The position numbers were made by a program, and so were the translations under genes. A stretch of DNA of 64,000 nt from Selaginella moellendorffii (taxonomy: Eukaryota; Plantae; Lycopodiophyta): NCBI RefSeq assembly GCF_000143415.4, contig NW_003314286.1, forward strand, positions 573,766 to 637,765, in the 5' to 3' direction. Shown here in pieces: positions 51,319-62,850 of the stretch (position 1 is the stretch's first letter; each line of letters starts with the position of its first letter). A model generated the notes under the pieces. That model was not told the DNA's origin and searched no databases. It was given only the letters and a program-made list of their open reading frames with translations.

Positions 51319-52086
51319 TGGTTCTCGCAGCAGCAAAAAGCGGCGGAGGTAGATGTTTTTTCTAGCGTGTTTTTCTTCTTTTGATCTCTTGGGCAATCTG
51401 AGAATGGTTCCGGAAGAGCAGCCGCGCGTCAATCCTGGAAGGAGAGGCCCAAACTCCAGGACTTGAAAGTTGAACGCAAGCTCTTGTCCGAGGAAGTGGC
51501 GAGCAGGAGATGCTCAAGAAGGTGATGTTTTTTTCCTTGGGTCATTTTTCCAGACTTACGAAAACTAACGAAAAGATTTACGAACGTATCGAGCTCAAGA
51601 AGAAGATCCTCACGGAATACGATTTTCCACGACCCCGAGTACCTGAGCCCAGAGTTCATGACTGCCTTGAAGGAGAGAAACTGCATTGACGATTTTCTCC
51701 ATCGGCAAGAGAGGCGTTTGCAGGGACATATACTCTCACTGGATCAACCACGAGAAGCTCCGGGCCTACTGTGAGGGCTATTCGCTACAAAAGCTTCGTC
51801 CCATGGCTGAGAAAGTGGCGAGAATGAGTGGAAGTGTGGTTTTTGCCGTCACCGAGGAAACCACGTCGTTTATACTCTACACCCTCGCGGATTGAAAATA
51901 TGCGCAACAAGGGAAAGGTCCGTCGTAGTTTTTTCTTTCTGGCAAACTTTTCTTATCTTCCATGTTCTGATTTCTCTAAGCTTTGTGCAGGCGCTAAAGA
52001 AGGCGCTCTTGCTCAAGTCCCTCTATCGCAATGTGCGTGAGCTCACGGAAAGGATTCACAAGCATCGCTTGCAAGCTGTCTGTTAG
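51319..52086 (+). pseudogene. Possible degenerate spliced gene of unknown function
   Basis: GC-richer coding-like segments with an intron-like GT..polypyrimidine..TGCAG (~51918-51990); frames are discontinuous. Confidence 0.25.
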
Positions 52087-52479
52087 CAATGGAGAGACAC
52101 GCACAAGGAGGAAGAATTTTCTGTGTTTATTCAACTATATATGGATAGTACATATACATGGAACTACTACCATATGGGCATATAATTTCTACTTCTAACA
52201 TTTCCACTCATGATCAGGTGGCTAATCCAAGCTTGAATCGTGCCTAGTTAATCTGAGATGATGAGTATGGAGAGTTGATGAGAAAATCATACAAAAAACT
52301 CATTAATCAATTTCCCAAAACTTAGTTTTTGGTCTTATACTTGCTTGCACACTTTTTGCTCTTTGCTAATTGCCACTCTTAATTGTGAACTTCCCACTAT
52401 ATATACATAGAACTACTGCCACGTGGGTATAATTACATGCCACAACTCTGAGAAGCAGCGGAAAGCAGGCCACAGAGAC

Positions 52480-52484
<5 letters not shown>

Positions 52485-52539
<55 letters not shown>
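52485..52539. repeat. (GA)n microsatellite
   Basis: Directly visible. Confidence 0.99.
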
Positions 52540-52544
<5 letters not shown>

Positions 52545-52639
52545 ATTTAAACGAACTTTCCTTAGTGAGTCCGGCCCTCCTGTGCACACGTGTTCACCAT
52601 GCTCGTGCTGGCGATGCTGTTCTTCTCTCCTGTCGTAGA

Positions 52640-53480
52640 CCAGCTTCACGTCATCCGGTGAACATGTTGACGAAGCCGTTGCCGACGAGAACATCCAGCG
52701 TTTCATTGCTCTGGGTGACGCACTGGAAGAGAGCTCGGCCCTACGCCGGGTCTCCAATGCTCGAGCACGCCTTGGCAGCGCAGGTGAAGGTGATCTTGTT
52801 GGGCCAAGTGCCGTCGAGCGTGAGCAGCCGGAAGACATGGAGGGCGGCGCGTTCCACGCAGGGATCATGGCGTTCCACGACTCGAATGTCCTCTCTGTCA
52901 TCCGGTCGAAGACCAACTTCAGATGAAAGTCAGCTCCCCGCTCAGGATGGAATCAAACATCGCCTCGGCCAAGTTCCTGCTCTGGGCGTATGCCGTGAGC
53001 AAGATGTTCCTCGAGAACACATCCTTGACAGGTAAGCTACATTTTTCTTCGCTCACGCATTGCTTCTGGGCGTACAGGAGATCATCGTGTTTCAAGTCAC
53101 CGCACTCTTCTCCGGAAGCTTGTCAAACACCATCCTAGCCTCCTCCAGATGCTCATTCCGGGAACAGGCAACGATGATAAAGTTCCAAGTGTATGGATTC
53201 CTTTCGGCAAGCTTGGCCTCCTGGATCCCGCCGCTTTCGATTGCAGGTATTTTTCTTGCTTGCTCGTGTGTTCTTCCACAAGTTTTCTCTACGTTTGTGA
53301 GGTACCTGTGCCCGTCAAATCCAGCTTTGGCGAGCTGGCCGTGAACTCTCCGGAGTGGCGGCATTTGCGTATGAGCGCCCTGTTCTCAACCTTTTTTTGG
53401 GCTTCTGCAGAATCAACGCTGTGGACGGTCGAAGAAGAAAACGAGCGATCTTTCCAGACCCTGATTCGCAGTGAGCGCAT
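52640..53480 (-). pseudogene. PLS-class PPR pseudogene
   Basis: RRVHGQLAKAGFDGHRYL, RNPYTWNFIIVACSRNEHLEEARMVFDKLPEK, VFDRMTERTFESWNAMI; frameshifted. Confidence 0.85.
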
Positions 53481-53565
53481 ACAACCCTCTATATCTTTTC
53501 TTGCGTTTAAGGTACACTTACTAAGATGAACTAGAACTTAGATTTCCGAGGTCCTAGCAAATCTA

Positions 53566-54075
53566 TCATAGTACAGGTCCACAGAACACCATGTTTCCAT
53601 TAATGTTTGTAATAAAGATGTTGAGGTCCACTTCGTTGGTATTCCAGCTACCATCTTGCATGTTTCGTGCAAAATTCCTTCTGCGTTTGTGTAGATGCCA
53701 TAGCAGCTGCTCAGGAACATCCTGTAACAATCTTCCGTTGCTTGTCGTTGCCAAGGTATGGATCCTTTCCCTAAGTGGGGGAGAGTGTCACAAATATGCA
53801 ACCCAATGAATCAATCCCTGGGAAGGTTTTGCAGGCTGCCATGAGTTGCTGGAGAAAATTGTGCCATTCTATCTTGGTGCATGTTGCGCTAAATCCGCCT
53901 CATTGATGAAGAATCACGCTTCAGTGGTTCGCTCCCTGTTGCTTTAGCACTTGATGTCCGCCAATCATGTGGCTTGTTGCTACCTGGAAGCACTTTTAGT
54001 TGCTGCAAACAAGTTTCGCATTGGGATGAAAAGTGGATGAAAAGTGTAGAAAACTAGCAAGACTATTAGTGCCAT
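53566..54075 (-). pseudogene. Cyanovirin-N homolog (CVNH) lectin pseudogene
   Basis: Stitching frames gives GFSATCTKIE..LMAACK..DPYLGND/SNGRLL and FLSSCYGIY..GILHETCK/QDGSWNTNEVDLNIFITNINGNMVFCG, i.e. two CVNH-like repeats. Hydrophobic MALIVLLVF upstream. Confidence 0.7.
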
Positions 54076-55433
54076 GCGCACTGCTCACTCCCAGAGAAAA
54101 TTTGCTGAAGTTCAGCATTCTTTGCATAACTGCATAAAGACTAGTAATAGACAATGTTTGAACGTGTCAAAGCTTTCAATATACTTTTAACATTGGACAT
54201 GGAGCATTTTGTTTGATAGTTGTTTAGCAAAATATTCCAAGTTTATTGTCCTCAGCTATGATAGATAGTGGTTGTTAAACTCATCTCAAACTTCATTCAA
54301 TACTTAGTTGGCTTTAAAATATTGAATTATGATTTCTATTTTTTGGTTTGTGTTTAAAGGCAAAACATTGGAATATTGCTAGAATTCTGGATATTCGTCA
54401 ATTGAATTTTCTGAATTTAGGGTAAAACTCTGTTTACTAATTAAGTGATACACTTTCACCTCAACTTTATTCTATGGTCATTATGAGTAAGTTTGTCCCA
54501 AAAGGATAATTTTTATAGTCAAGTTTAAGAGTCTTAAAAGTGGATTTAAAAGCTATTAGATGAATCTTCAAGTAGACTATAGTTTGATTTTAAGGTGATA
54601 ATATTTTTGTTACAATCAACTTTAAATCCATTAAATCATCTCCCAAAATTTATTACTTGGGAAGCAAAACCAAATATTAATATTATTGACTGATGAAGAG
54701 GTCAATATTTTATCTTGTATATCTTCCCAAGTAAAACAGAAGAAGGAAGCTTAGAAGAAATAGAGTTATGCTTAAGTTTACATCCAAAGAAGAAAGACCC
54801 GATCTAGGTAATGTTTGTCATAAACAAGCATGAAGCAGTTAGGAACTGTTATAAAATAATATAGTATATAAATAACACTTAAACATGCTAAAAAATAACC
54901 CCTACTCAATGTTGTATGTATCTACATTAAATTAATTATCTTTCTCCCACTTATGACTATTTATGCAAAGTAAAGTTAAAAAAGTAACATATGTTTATCC
55001 TTATTCATGCCTTTGGGTTTAAAGTTGAATTTTACTCTATTTTCTTCTTATACATCTTTTTCTTCTTTTCTTTTCCTACATTTTTGTCTTTATTTGTTTG
55101 TCAATATTTTGCAAGTAGGGGCAAGAATGCAAGTATAGACATAAAAAAACTTTATTCATTTTTGGTGACTACGGTAGGATAAGCCATCACTCTTTGACTT
55201 TAAAAATACTTAGAAAAAAATTTCTTGTGAATTCCAAATGTGTCCAGCACTAAGAATCACAAATAAACATCTTTAGTGATTGCAAAGGTTCTAAGCCCAG
55301 ACAATACTAAATGAAAAAGCTCTTTTTGTGATTACAATGGCTTAGTGCTCATACAATGCAAGAAAGATAATTTTCAACCATCAGAGCATAAAATGAGTTT
55401 GAAATTGAAATATGGCATACATTGCCAAAAAAC

Positions 55434-57971
55434 CATAGTTACGAACACGAACACGGAACACGAACACGAGCCTCAGATTTCAGGAACCCGAACACGGAAC
55501 ACGATCACGGCCCACGATGGCTCACGAATATTCTACTGAATATTCTAAGAATATGTTATTTAAAAATTATATTCTATTTCTTATTATATTATTATACGAA
55601 TATGCTATATTTTATTATATTATTCTTAATATTTTTATTTGCACATAAACTACTTCACACTTTTAAACTACTCAAATATCCTGCATCTCATCGTCATCTT
55701 CAACCTCATGATCTTCGACCTCACGATCTTCGACATCATCTCCATCTTCCTCTTCCTGTCCTGACTCAAGCTCGTCTTCAGGATGAGGAACTGTCTCCAG
55801 GACTTTGTAGCTTACAAACTTGTCGTAATCACGATCATTTTTGCAGGTTAACAACCTGGTGTTGCAAGCCACAAAAACCAGATCCGCTGTCCTGTCCATG
55901 GTAAGTCTATTCCTCTTTTTTGAAGAAACATGCTCGAAAGTACTGAACAATCTCTCCACCGAGGACGACGAGCATGCCTGACTTAGAACTCGAATGGCCA
56001 ACTTCTGAAGAGCTGGAGTTTCATAACCATAGTCCTCCCACCAACATACAGCTCCCCTCTTAGTGCGATCAGCCTTAGCATCATATGAGTTGAAAATGCC
56101 TCCTATCCTCCGGTAAGTTAAAAGCTCATCACGTATCACATCCCTCTCACTGGATGTAAACATGGCCAGCAGATAAGCATTCCAATCCTTCATGACCTCT
56201 CTGTTAGCATGCTTTTCATACTCCTGAAACTCGGGGTCCAACATGTACGCCACCGAGTGCATGAGCAAGTGATACTCATGCCACCTATTAGACATGATCT
56301 GATGAAGTTCCCTATACCTGCCATAATCCGACTGTCCTTCCTCTAAACTTGCATCCAACCTGTTCATGCACTCATATATCTTTCCAATCGCAGGTATATC
56401 ACCGTCCACAACACGAAGAAGCAGCATAACATCCTTGGACACCTCTAGCATGTCCTTAACCTGTTGCCAGAAACTGTCATCAAAAACCGTTGCATAACTG
56501 TCCCTTCCTGCTCTCGACTTCGACTCAGGCCTTGCTCTGTACGCAAGGCATACGAACATCTGTTGTAAAGCTTCTCGGAGCTCCACCAGCCTCTCCATCA
56601 TAATGAAGTTGTAGCCGAACCTGGTATCACAATAACGCAGCAATCGCTTGTGAGTAAACTCCACCAGCAGTGCCACTATATGAGAGTGGTTTCTAACGAA
56701 GATCACCAAAGACTTTCCACGCTCCAGAAGTGTTGCCATCCATGGAAGTACACCGAAGTCTTTCAAGGCATTGTTCAAGCAATGGGCAAAACATGCTGCC
56801 CATTGAATTTTCGGGTACCTTTGTTGCAAAAGTGCTGCTGCTGCTCTGTTTGCATTTTCCCCATCGGTCACAACCATGACAACGTTCTCTGCACCTACAA
56901 TGTTAATGCCTTCTTCCCAGCAGCGCAGAGTATTTTCAGCTGTTTTTCCTGTTAAGGAAATGTCGATAGCCTTCAAAAAAGCTCCTCGTCCTTGACTATA
57001 TGCCACAAGCCCCATGATATGCCGATTCCTCCTATCTGCCCACCCGTCTGCGCATATGGTTGCACCCCTCTGCTCCCACTGCTTCCTCAAGGACGCCATC
57101 TCAATGTCAATGAATCGTTTCTCTTTCACCAAAAGCTTATCCCGGAGATCACCATATTTTGGTGGTGCATAAGGCACACCATGCCTGGCAACTTCCTGTA
57201 TCATGTTGAGGAAGTAAGGTGACCGAGCCTTGACAAATGGAATGTGTTCATTCCAGAAAAATCTTCCGATAGCCACATCAACTCGGTTCTTCCGCTCAGG
57301 ATCCATCGAATCAACAATATGGACTTGACTCTGTTTGCTAAAAAACAGGGAACTGCAGCCACTTCCACTTGACTGGGATGATACCACCGGTGGAAATCCT
57401 TGGACATTGCCATCCATTCTCATAGAAGCACCACCAGATTCATTCGGCCGTTTCTTCCCCCTTGCCCCTTTCTCGGAATCAATAACCTTTTGCATATTGA
57501 GCAGATCCGCTTTCTTGTTACCTGGGATGAGAGGACAACTCACAATATCCTTGCTGCCTGGGCCTTCTCCTAACAGATGAGCTCGCACACGATCAACACC
57601 ACTCAGTTTGTTCACCATTGGGCAGTATTTGCATGACCATAATTTGTGGCCATGCCCCCTGCTCTCAAGAACACTTACCTCATCCCACCATCGCGAAGAA
57701 GGATGCTTTCGCAGTATGCTGGATTGCTGCGCCATGCTTGTTTGCCTTGGATTGTTGCTGCTGTGCCCTGAAATGGTGCGCCCTGGCTGGATTGTCGTGT
57801 GATGCCGTGCGCCCTAAAACCAGAATATTCCGCGCGAGAATATTCTGAACAGTGGTCCGTGTTAGTGACACAGACCACTGTTCACGAACACGGCCGTGGG
57901 AACACGACCCATGGCCGTGTTCGTGAAACACGGTGAACACGGCCGGGATCCTGGCCGTGTTCGTAACACGG
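55434..57971 (-). mobile_element. Complete hAT DNA transposon
   Basis: 8-bp TSD CAAAAAAC (55426-55433, 57972-57979); imperfect TIRs CATAGTTACGAACACG / CCGTGTTACGAACACG; subterminal GAACACG/ACACGG repeats at both ends. Confidence 0.95.
55672..57735 (-). CDS. hAT transposase (BED finger, DUF659-type core, hAT dimerisation domain), 687 aa
   Basis: WSCKYC..RAHL, ADGW, VTDG, CFAHCLN, TRF, WW..YG..P.LQKLAIRVLSQACSSSSVERLFS..KKRNRL; uninterrupted ORF. Confidence 0.96.
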   Translation of the reverse strand: MAQQSSILRKHPSSRWWDEVSVLESRGHGHKLWSCKYCPMVNKLSGVDRVRAHLLGEGPGSKDIVSCPLIPGNKKADLLNMQKVIDSEKGARGKKRPNESGGASMRMDGNVQGFPPVVSSQSSGSGCSSLFFSKQSQVHIVDSMDPERKNRVDVAIGRFFWNEHIPFVKARSPYFLNMIQEVARHGVPYAPPKYGDLRDKLLVKEKRFIDIEMASLRKQWEQRGATICADGWADRRNRHIMGLVAYSQGRGAFLKAIDISLTGKTAENTLRCWEEGINIVGAENVVMVVTDGENANRAAAALLQQRYPKIQWAACFAHCLNNALKDFGVLPWMATLLERGKSLVIFVRNHSHIVALLVEFTHKRLLRYCDTRFGYNFIMMERLVELREALQQMFVCLAYRARPESKSRAGRDSYATVFDDSFWQQVKDMLEVSKDVMLLLRVVDGDIPAIGKIYECMNRLDASLEEGQSDYGRYRELHQIMSNRWHEYHLLMHSVAYMLDPEFQEYEKHANREVMKDWNAYLLAMFTSSERDVIRDELLTYRRIGGIFNSYDAKADRTKRGAVCWWEDYGYETPALQKLAIRVLSQACSSSSVERLFSTFEHVSSKKRNRLTMDRTADLVFVACNTRLLTCKNDRDYDKFVSYKVLETVPHPEDELESGQEEEDGDDVEDREVEDHEVEDDDEMQDI

Positions 57972-58688
57972 CAAAAAACTCAAGTTTAAATTATTTTGCT
58001 AGTAATTTCTTGAGAAAAATCCAAAAGAAAAAAGAATGGAGTTTGTTTGATGTGGAAAACACAATCAATTATTCTAGAATTCTTTCTTTCTGAGCAAGTT
58101 TTTACTTGGGTTTTTAAAAAATATATTTTTCAATAGCATGTTACAATTTTTCTACATATATACAAATAGGTGTATTTGACTCCAACTTAAAGAGAGCTAG
58201 AGCTATCCTTAGTGAAGAATAAATTGAGGAATTATTCATTTAAATTTTACATTTGTAAACACATCGTGTGTTGGATCTTGTAGCCTAAGTTATGGAATTT
58301 CTTCCACATCGTTTGCCTAGTGTTGTCCATTTGTGTACTCATCACTTCTTCGATGTTTGGATAGATTTATATAGGCATCAAAGTTGTCTCTGTAAACATA
58401 TACGAGTCATGACTATGTTCCTAATCTAGGTGTAGTGTTTTATCACCATACTTGCTGTGTTCAACTTTTCTATAATATACTCGACTACTGAATTTTTGCA
58501 GAACGAACCCTAGAGGTCTCACAACTTGGATTTTCAGATCTAGGCAGAATTTTTTTTTGAAGAGAGAATTTTCCTTAATTGAATTTGTATCATCAGGATT
58601 CTCTTCCACTTCCACATTCCTTGCTATCTCTCTTGGAGGAGATAGCAAGGTGGAGGTGGTGGCTCAATGGCAAGGTGAAGTGTCAGAT

Positions 58689-59348
58689 TTACCTAAGTGG
58701 TGGAATACTTGTAGATACATTGCAAAAAGAGGAAGACTTTTTATCTTCACTTGCCTCCCTTTGCCTATTTGTAAGGCAATATTTTTCATTTCGGCCATAA
58801 AATCCATTATAGGCAAAATGAGTTATGTTTATTTGCCATCCAATCTCAATAGCTTCCAACAGGTGGGCTATTTTGATATTAGTATTTTGTGCAATTGTCC
58901 TACTGTCAATAAGAACACAAAACACTTTGAATTTAGCATGATAATTGGGCTTTAAGTAGGTGAAGTTGCCTTCTTGTCCAGATGTATAATTTGGGAGGAC
59001 GTATTGTTTGGGTATGCAATCCTTCTTGCTCATCGTAATTATTTCGCCTTTGTTGTTTAGGCAAAAAAATTGAGCAAATTGGGTGAGTCCAAAGGGATGA
59101 ACTTGCCCATGGAAAAGAAAAACATGCTCCTTTGGGTGCCACTTTTGCATAAGCTTGATCCTTTGCTCGACCATTTTTTCTCCTTTGAGCAGCTCTACAT
59201 AAGTGAGTAACCCAAAGGCATTAAGCCAAAATTTGTCATAGGGAAAAAGTATAAGCTCCCTAGACAACTTTACTTGGCCATAATTTAGCTCCTCATTGCT
59301 AGATGAGATTTCCTTCACATATTCATCTTGCCTAGGCATTTTTGCCAT
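58689..59348 (-). CDS. Plant-mobile-domain / retroelement accessory-protein-like ORF
   Basis: 219-aa ORF in AT-rich DNA; FHGQVHPFGLTQFAQFFCLNNKG and AHLLEAIEIGWQINITHF resemble transposon-associated PMD-like proteins. Confidence 0.4.
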   Translation of the reverse strand: MAKMPRQDEYVKEISSSNEELNYGQVKLSRELILFPYDKFWLNAFGLLTYVELLKGEKMVEQRIKLMQKWHPKEHVFLFHGQVHPFGLTQFAQFFCLNNKGEIITMSKKDCIPKQYVLPNYTSGQEGNFTYLKPNYHAKFKVFCVLIDSRTIAQNTNIKIAHLLEAIEIGWQINITHFAYNGFYGRNEKYCLTNRQREASEDKKSSSFCNVSTSIPPLR

Positions 59349-59954
59349 CTGTGGAGATTTGTAGGTGAACCACTCGGCATTAGGTGATTAGGAGGTGGAG
59401 TGTGGTGCTAATGGTGGTGCCTAAGAGAAGTCTTGCATTGACGGTGCAAGAGTAAAGTTGACAGCTTGTGGTGGTGTGTGAGGCTCTGCCCAATCAAGAA
59501 TGCATTTAACCCAATAAGCGACGACAATGATGTTTGCTCTTGTGTGGCCCTAAATGGTGTTTGAGTTGCCGTATATTGTTTCAAAGCTAAGCCTAGAGTA
59601 TCGGCATATCTTGGCGAATGCATAGGTATTGTAGCGCATATAATCATAGGATGAGATTTAGATATACTGTCACCGTGGATAATTAGAACCTTGGGGATAA
59701 ATGGGGATAAAATAGGCATTAAGGGCTTTCTCATCAAGCAATTGCCCCTTTTTCCAGTTGGCTTAAGGGGAGAGAGATAAGGTGCGCTATAGTTGGTATC
59801 AGAGAAAATGGCACGGGTTCGATTCCCATTGATTAGTGGCTACTTAAAATATAATATACCCTTGAGCAAGGTATATTTTTACCCCTAAATTTGAAATCGT
59901 ACGTATTGGGCATCCATGTGTACGTCCTTCCTCTTGTGTGGAGTGAAGGTATCC

Positions 59955-60250
59955 ACCATGGGACTGCGGTACAGGTGGATGACTAGTTGCCTCACATGAA
60001 ATAGCTAGTCTACACAATGGAGGTGTTGGTGCCAAGGGACACAATGGAAGAATTGGTAGATTCAGTGCGGAAATGGAGGTGTTGGTTCCCCTTGGCTCAG
60101 TAGATTCAGTGCGGAAATGGAGGTCCACCGTGGGACTGCGAGGTCCACCGTGGGACTGCGGTACAGGTGGATGACTAGTTGCCTCACATGAAATAGCTAG
60201 TCTACACAATGGAGGTGTTGGTGCCAAAGGACACAATGGAAGAATTGGTA
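59955..60250. repeat. Tandem array, left part (172-bp unit)
   Basis: Same unit as 61249-62850. Confidence 0.9.
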
Positions 60251-60251
60251 A

Positions 60252-60651
60252 TGTAAGCTCCTGAGTTTGGACTTCCTGGGAGGTCACCCAGCCCAGTACT
60301 ATTCAAACCCAAGGACGCTTAACCCCAAATATCCCAAGACCCTTAACCAATTGGAAAAGGGGGTGCACTCTTATTTATGGGCCCTTTCCCTCTATATTTG
60401 AACCCCATGGATCGTCTCTCAAGTCGTTCCCTTTGGTTGCTTACAATCCACCACGCTTCCCTGCAAGTTCACGCCCTCGTGAACGGAAGTTGAGAGCCGC
60501 AACTCTCCCGAGAGCCTCGCTCTCTTGACACCCTACCCCTTGGGTCGAGCCTAGCGGGAGCAAACTAGACCAGCCAGATGTCAATCAATATGTGGTGCGA
60601 TTCCCCTAAGCCAACCAACAGAGTCGGACCCAAGACCCCTCTGATACCAAA
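60252..60651 (-). mobile_element. Cassandra-like TRIM: 194-bp LTR with 5S rRNA-derived box, PPT, short internal region, PBS
   Basis: LTR 60252-60445 with TGTAAGC/GCTTACA termini; minus strand PBS TGGTATCAGAG (60639-60649) and PPT GGGAAGCGTGGTGGAT; 5S-like segment inside the LTR. Confidence 0.8.
60269..60323 (-). promoter_or_regulatory. 5S rRNA internal control region-like sequence (Pol III A box, intermediate element, C box)
   Basis: Minus strand GTTAAGCGTCCTTGGGTTTGAATAGTACTGGGCTGGGTGACCTCCCAGGAAGTCC aligns with plant 5S GTTAAGCGTGCTTGGGCGAGAGTAGTACTAGGATGGGTGACCTCCTGGGAAGTCC. Confidence 0.85.
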
Positions 60652-61106
60652 TGTAGCGCACGTGGTTTTGACCCTTTATCCTATGGTGATTTACCATAGG
60701 ATAACACCACGAAGCGGAACCTAAACCCTCTTTGTGCCATGTGACAGATGCCACGTGTCACATGCCACGTGTCCATGCCACGTGTCCATAGGAACTCGAG
60801 GTTCAGGGCCTTGGGCCACTGAACGAAGGAACGGTGCCAAACTCCCAAACGTGGAGCCAAGGAGTGATGGAGCCGGACCACGGAGCAACTCCCGAGCATA
60901 CAGCCCAAAGAGCGAAGGGACAGGGGCCCGGAGCGACTTGGAACAATCCTGGAGCAACTAGCATCCCAATGCTAGAACCAGCACGCAAAACGGAGCCAAA
61001 CGGAGTCTGGCGCTATTTCGGCATACCGGTGGCCTAACGCGAGGATATGGGTACTCCACCAACTAGCATGGAATGGAACTTGGGCTTAGACCCAAGCCGG
61101 ACGCAT
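60652..61106 (-). repeat. LTR fragment related to family A
   Basis: TGTAGCGCAC terminus; 61020-61106 is the reverse complement of ~15659-15743. Confidence 0.7.
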
Positions 61107-61248
61107 GGAAAATTTAGTCGCTTACAATTTGGTATCGGAGCAATTCGGAATCCATCTTTGGAAACACACTTCCTTTCCCGCAATTTGTTAGCGTCCAACA
61201 CATTAGTGTTCCTCGCCTAACTTTGTCACTTGGATTCCTTCCATGAAA

Positions 61249-62850
61249 TGGGACTGCGGTACAGGTGGATGACTAGTTGCCTCACATGAAATAGCTAGTC
61301 TACACAATGGAGGTGTTGGTGCCAAGGGACACAATGGAAGAATTGGTAGATTTAGTGCGGAAATGGAGGTGTTGGTTCCCCTTGGCTCAATAGATTCAGT
61401 GCGGAAATGGAGGTCCACCATGGGACTGCGGTACAGGTGGATGACTAGTTGCCTCACATGAAATAGTTGGTCTACACAATGGAAGTGTTGGTACCAAGGG
61501 ACACAATGGAAGAATTGGTAGATTTAGTGCGGAAATGGAGGTGTTGGTTCCCCTTGGCTCAGTAGATTCAGTGCGGAAATGGAGGTCCACCGTGGGACTG
61601 CGGTACAGGTGGATGACTAGTTGCCTCACATTAAATAGCTGGTCTACACAATGGAAGGATTGGTAGATTCAGTGCGGAAATGGAGATGCTGGTTCCTTTT
61701 GGCTCAGTAGGGTGGCTCACATGGAATAGCTGGTCTACACAATGGAAGGATTGGTAGATTCAGTGCGGAAATGGAGATGCTGGTTCCCTTTGGCTCAGTA
61801 GGGTGGCTCACATGGAATAGCTGGTCTACACAATGGAAGGACTGGTAGATTCAGTGCGAAAATGGAGGTGTTAGTGCCAAGGGACACAATGGAAGAATTG
61901 GTAGATTCAGTGTGGAAATGGAGGTGTTGGTTCCCTTTGGCTCAGTAGATTCAGTGCGGAAATGGAGGTCCACCGTGGGACTGCGGTACAGGTGGATGAC
62001 TAGTTGCCTCACATGAAATAGCTAGTCTACACAATGGAGGTGTTGGTGCCAAGGGACACAATGGAAGAATTGGTAGATTTAGTGCGGAAATGGAGGTGTT
62101 GGTTCCCCTTGGCTCAGTAGATTCAGTGCGGAAATGGAGGTCCACCGTGGGACTGCGGTACAGGTGGATGACTAGTTGCCTCACATGAAATAGCTGGTCT
62201 ACACAATGGAGGTGTTGGTACCAAGGGACACAATGGAAGAATTGGTAGATTCAGTGCGGAAATGAAGGTGTTGGTTCCCCTTGGCTCAGTAGATTCAGTG
62301 CGGAAATGGAGGTCCACCGTGGGACTACGGTACAGGTGGATGACTAGTTGCCTCACATGAAATAGTTGGTCTACACAATGGAGGTGTTGGTACCAAGGGA
62401 CACAATGGAAGAATTGGTAGATTTAGTGCGGAAATGGAGGTGTTGGTTCCCCTTGGCTCAGTAGATTCAGTGCGGAAATGGAGGTCCACCGTGGGACTGC
62501 GGTACAGGTGGATGACTAATTGCCTCACATGGAATAGCTGGTCTACACAATGGAAGGATTGGTAGATTCAGTGCGAAAATGGAGATGTTGGTTCCCTTTG
62601 GCTCAGTAGGGTGGCTCACATGGAATAGCTGGTCTACACAATGGAAGGATTGGTAGATTCAGTGCGGAAATGGAGATGCTGGTTCCCTTTGGCTTAGTAG
62701 GGTGGCTCACATGGAATAGCTGGTCTACACAATGGAAGGATTGGTAGATTCAGTGCGAAAATGGAGGTGTTGGTGCCAAGGGACACAATAGAAGAATTGG
62801 TAGATTTAGTGTGGAAATGGAGGTGTTGGTTCCCCTTGGCTCAGTAGGGT
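61249..62850. repeat. Higher-order tandem array of 172-bp and 91-bp units
   Basis: 172-bp units start at ~61250, 61422, 61594, 61977, 62149, 62321, 62493; 91-bp units at ~61641, 61732, 61823 and ~62540, 62631, 62722. Confidence 0.95.

Noticed and set aside
52366-52638. ORFs with (SL)n or (RE)n tracts
   Set aside because: Translation of the GA microsatellite.
60269-60323. Functional 5S rRNA gene
   Set aside because: Only the central ~55 nt are present, with no 5S 5' or 3' stems, and it is embedded in an LTR.
61203-62528. Repeated 77-aa ORFs (MRQLVIHLYRSP..)
   Set aside because: Translation of the 172-bp unit, which is not a multiple of three; no sign of a coding repeat. Also not CRISPR, as there are no unique spacers.
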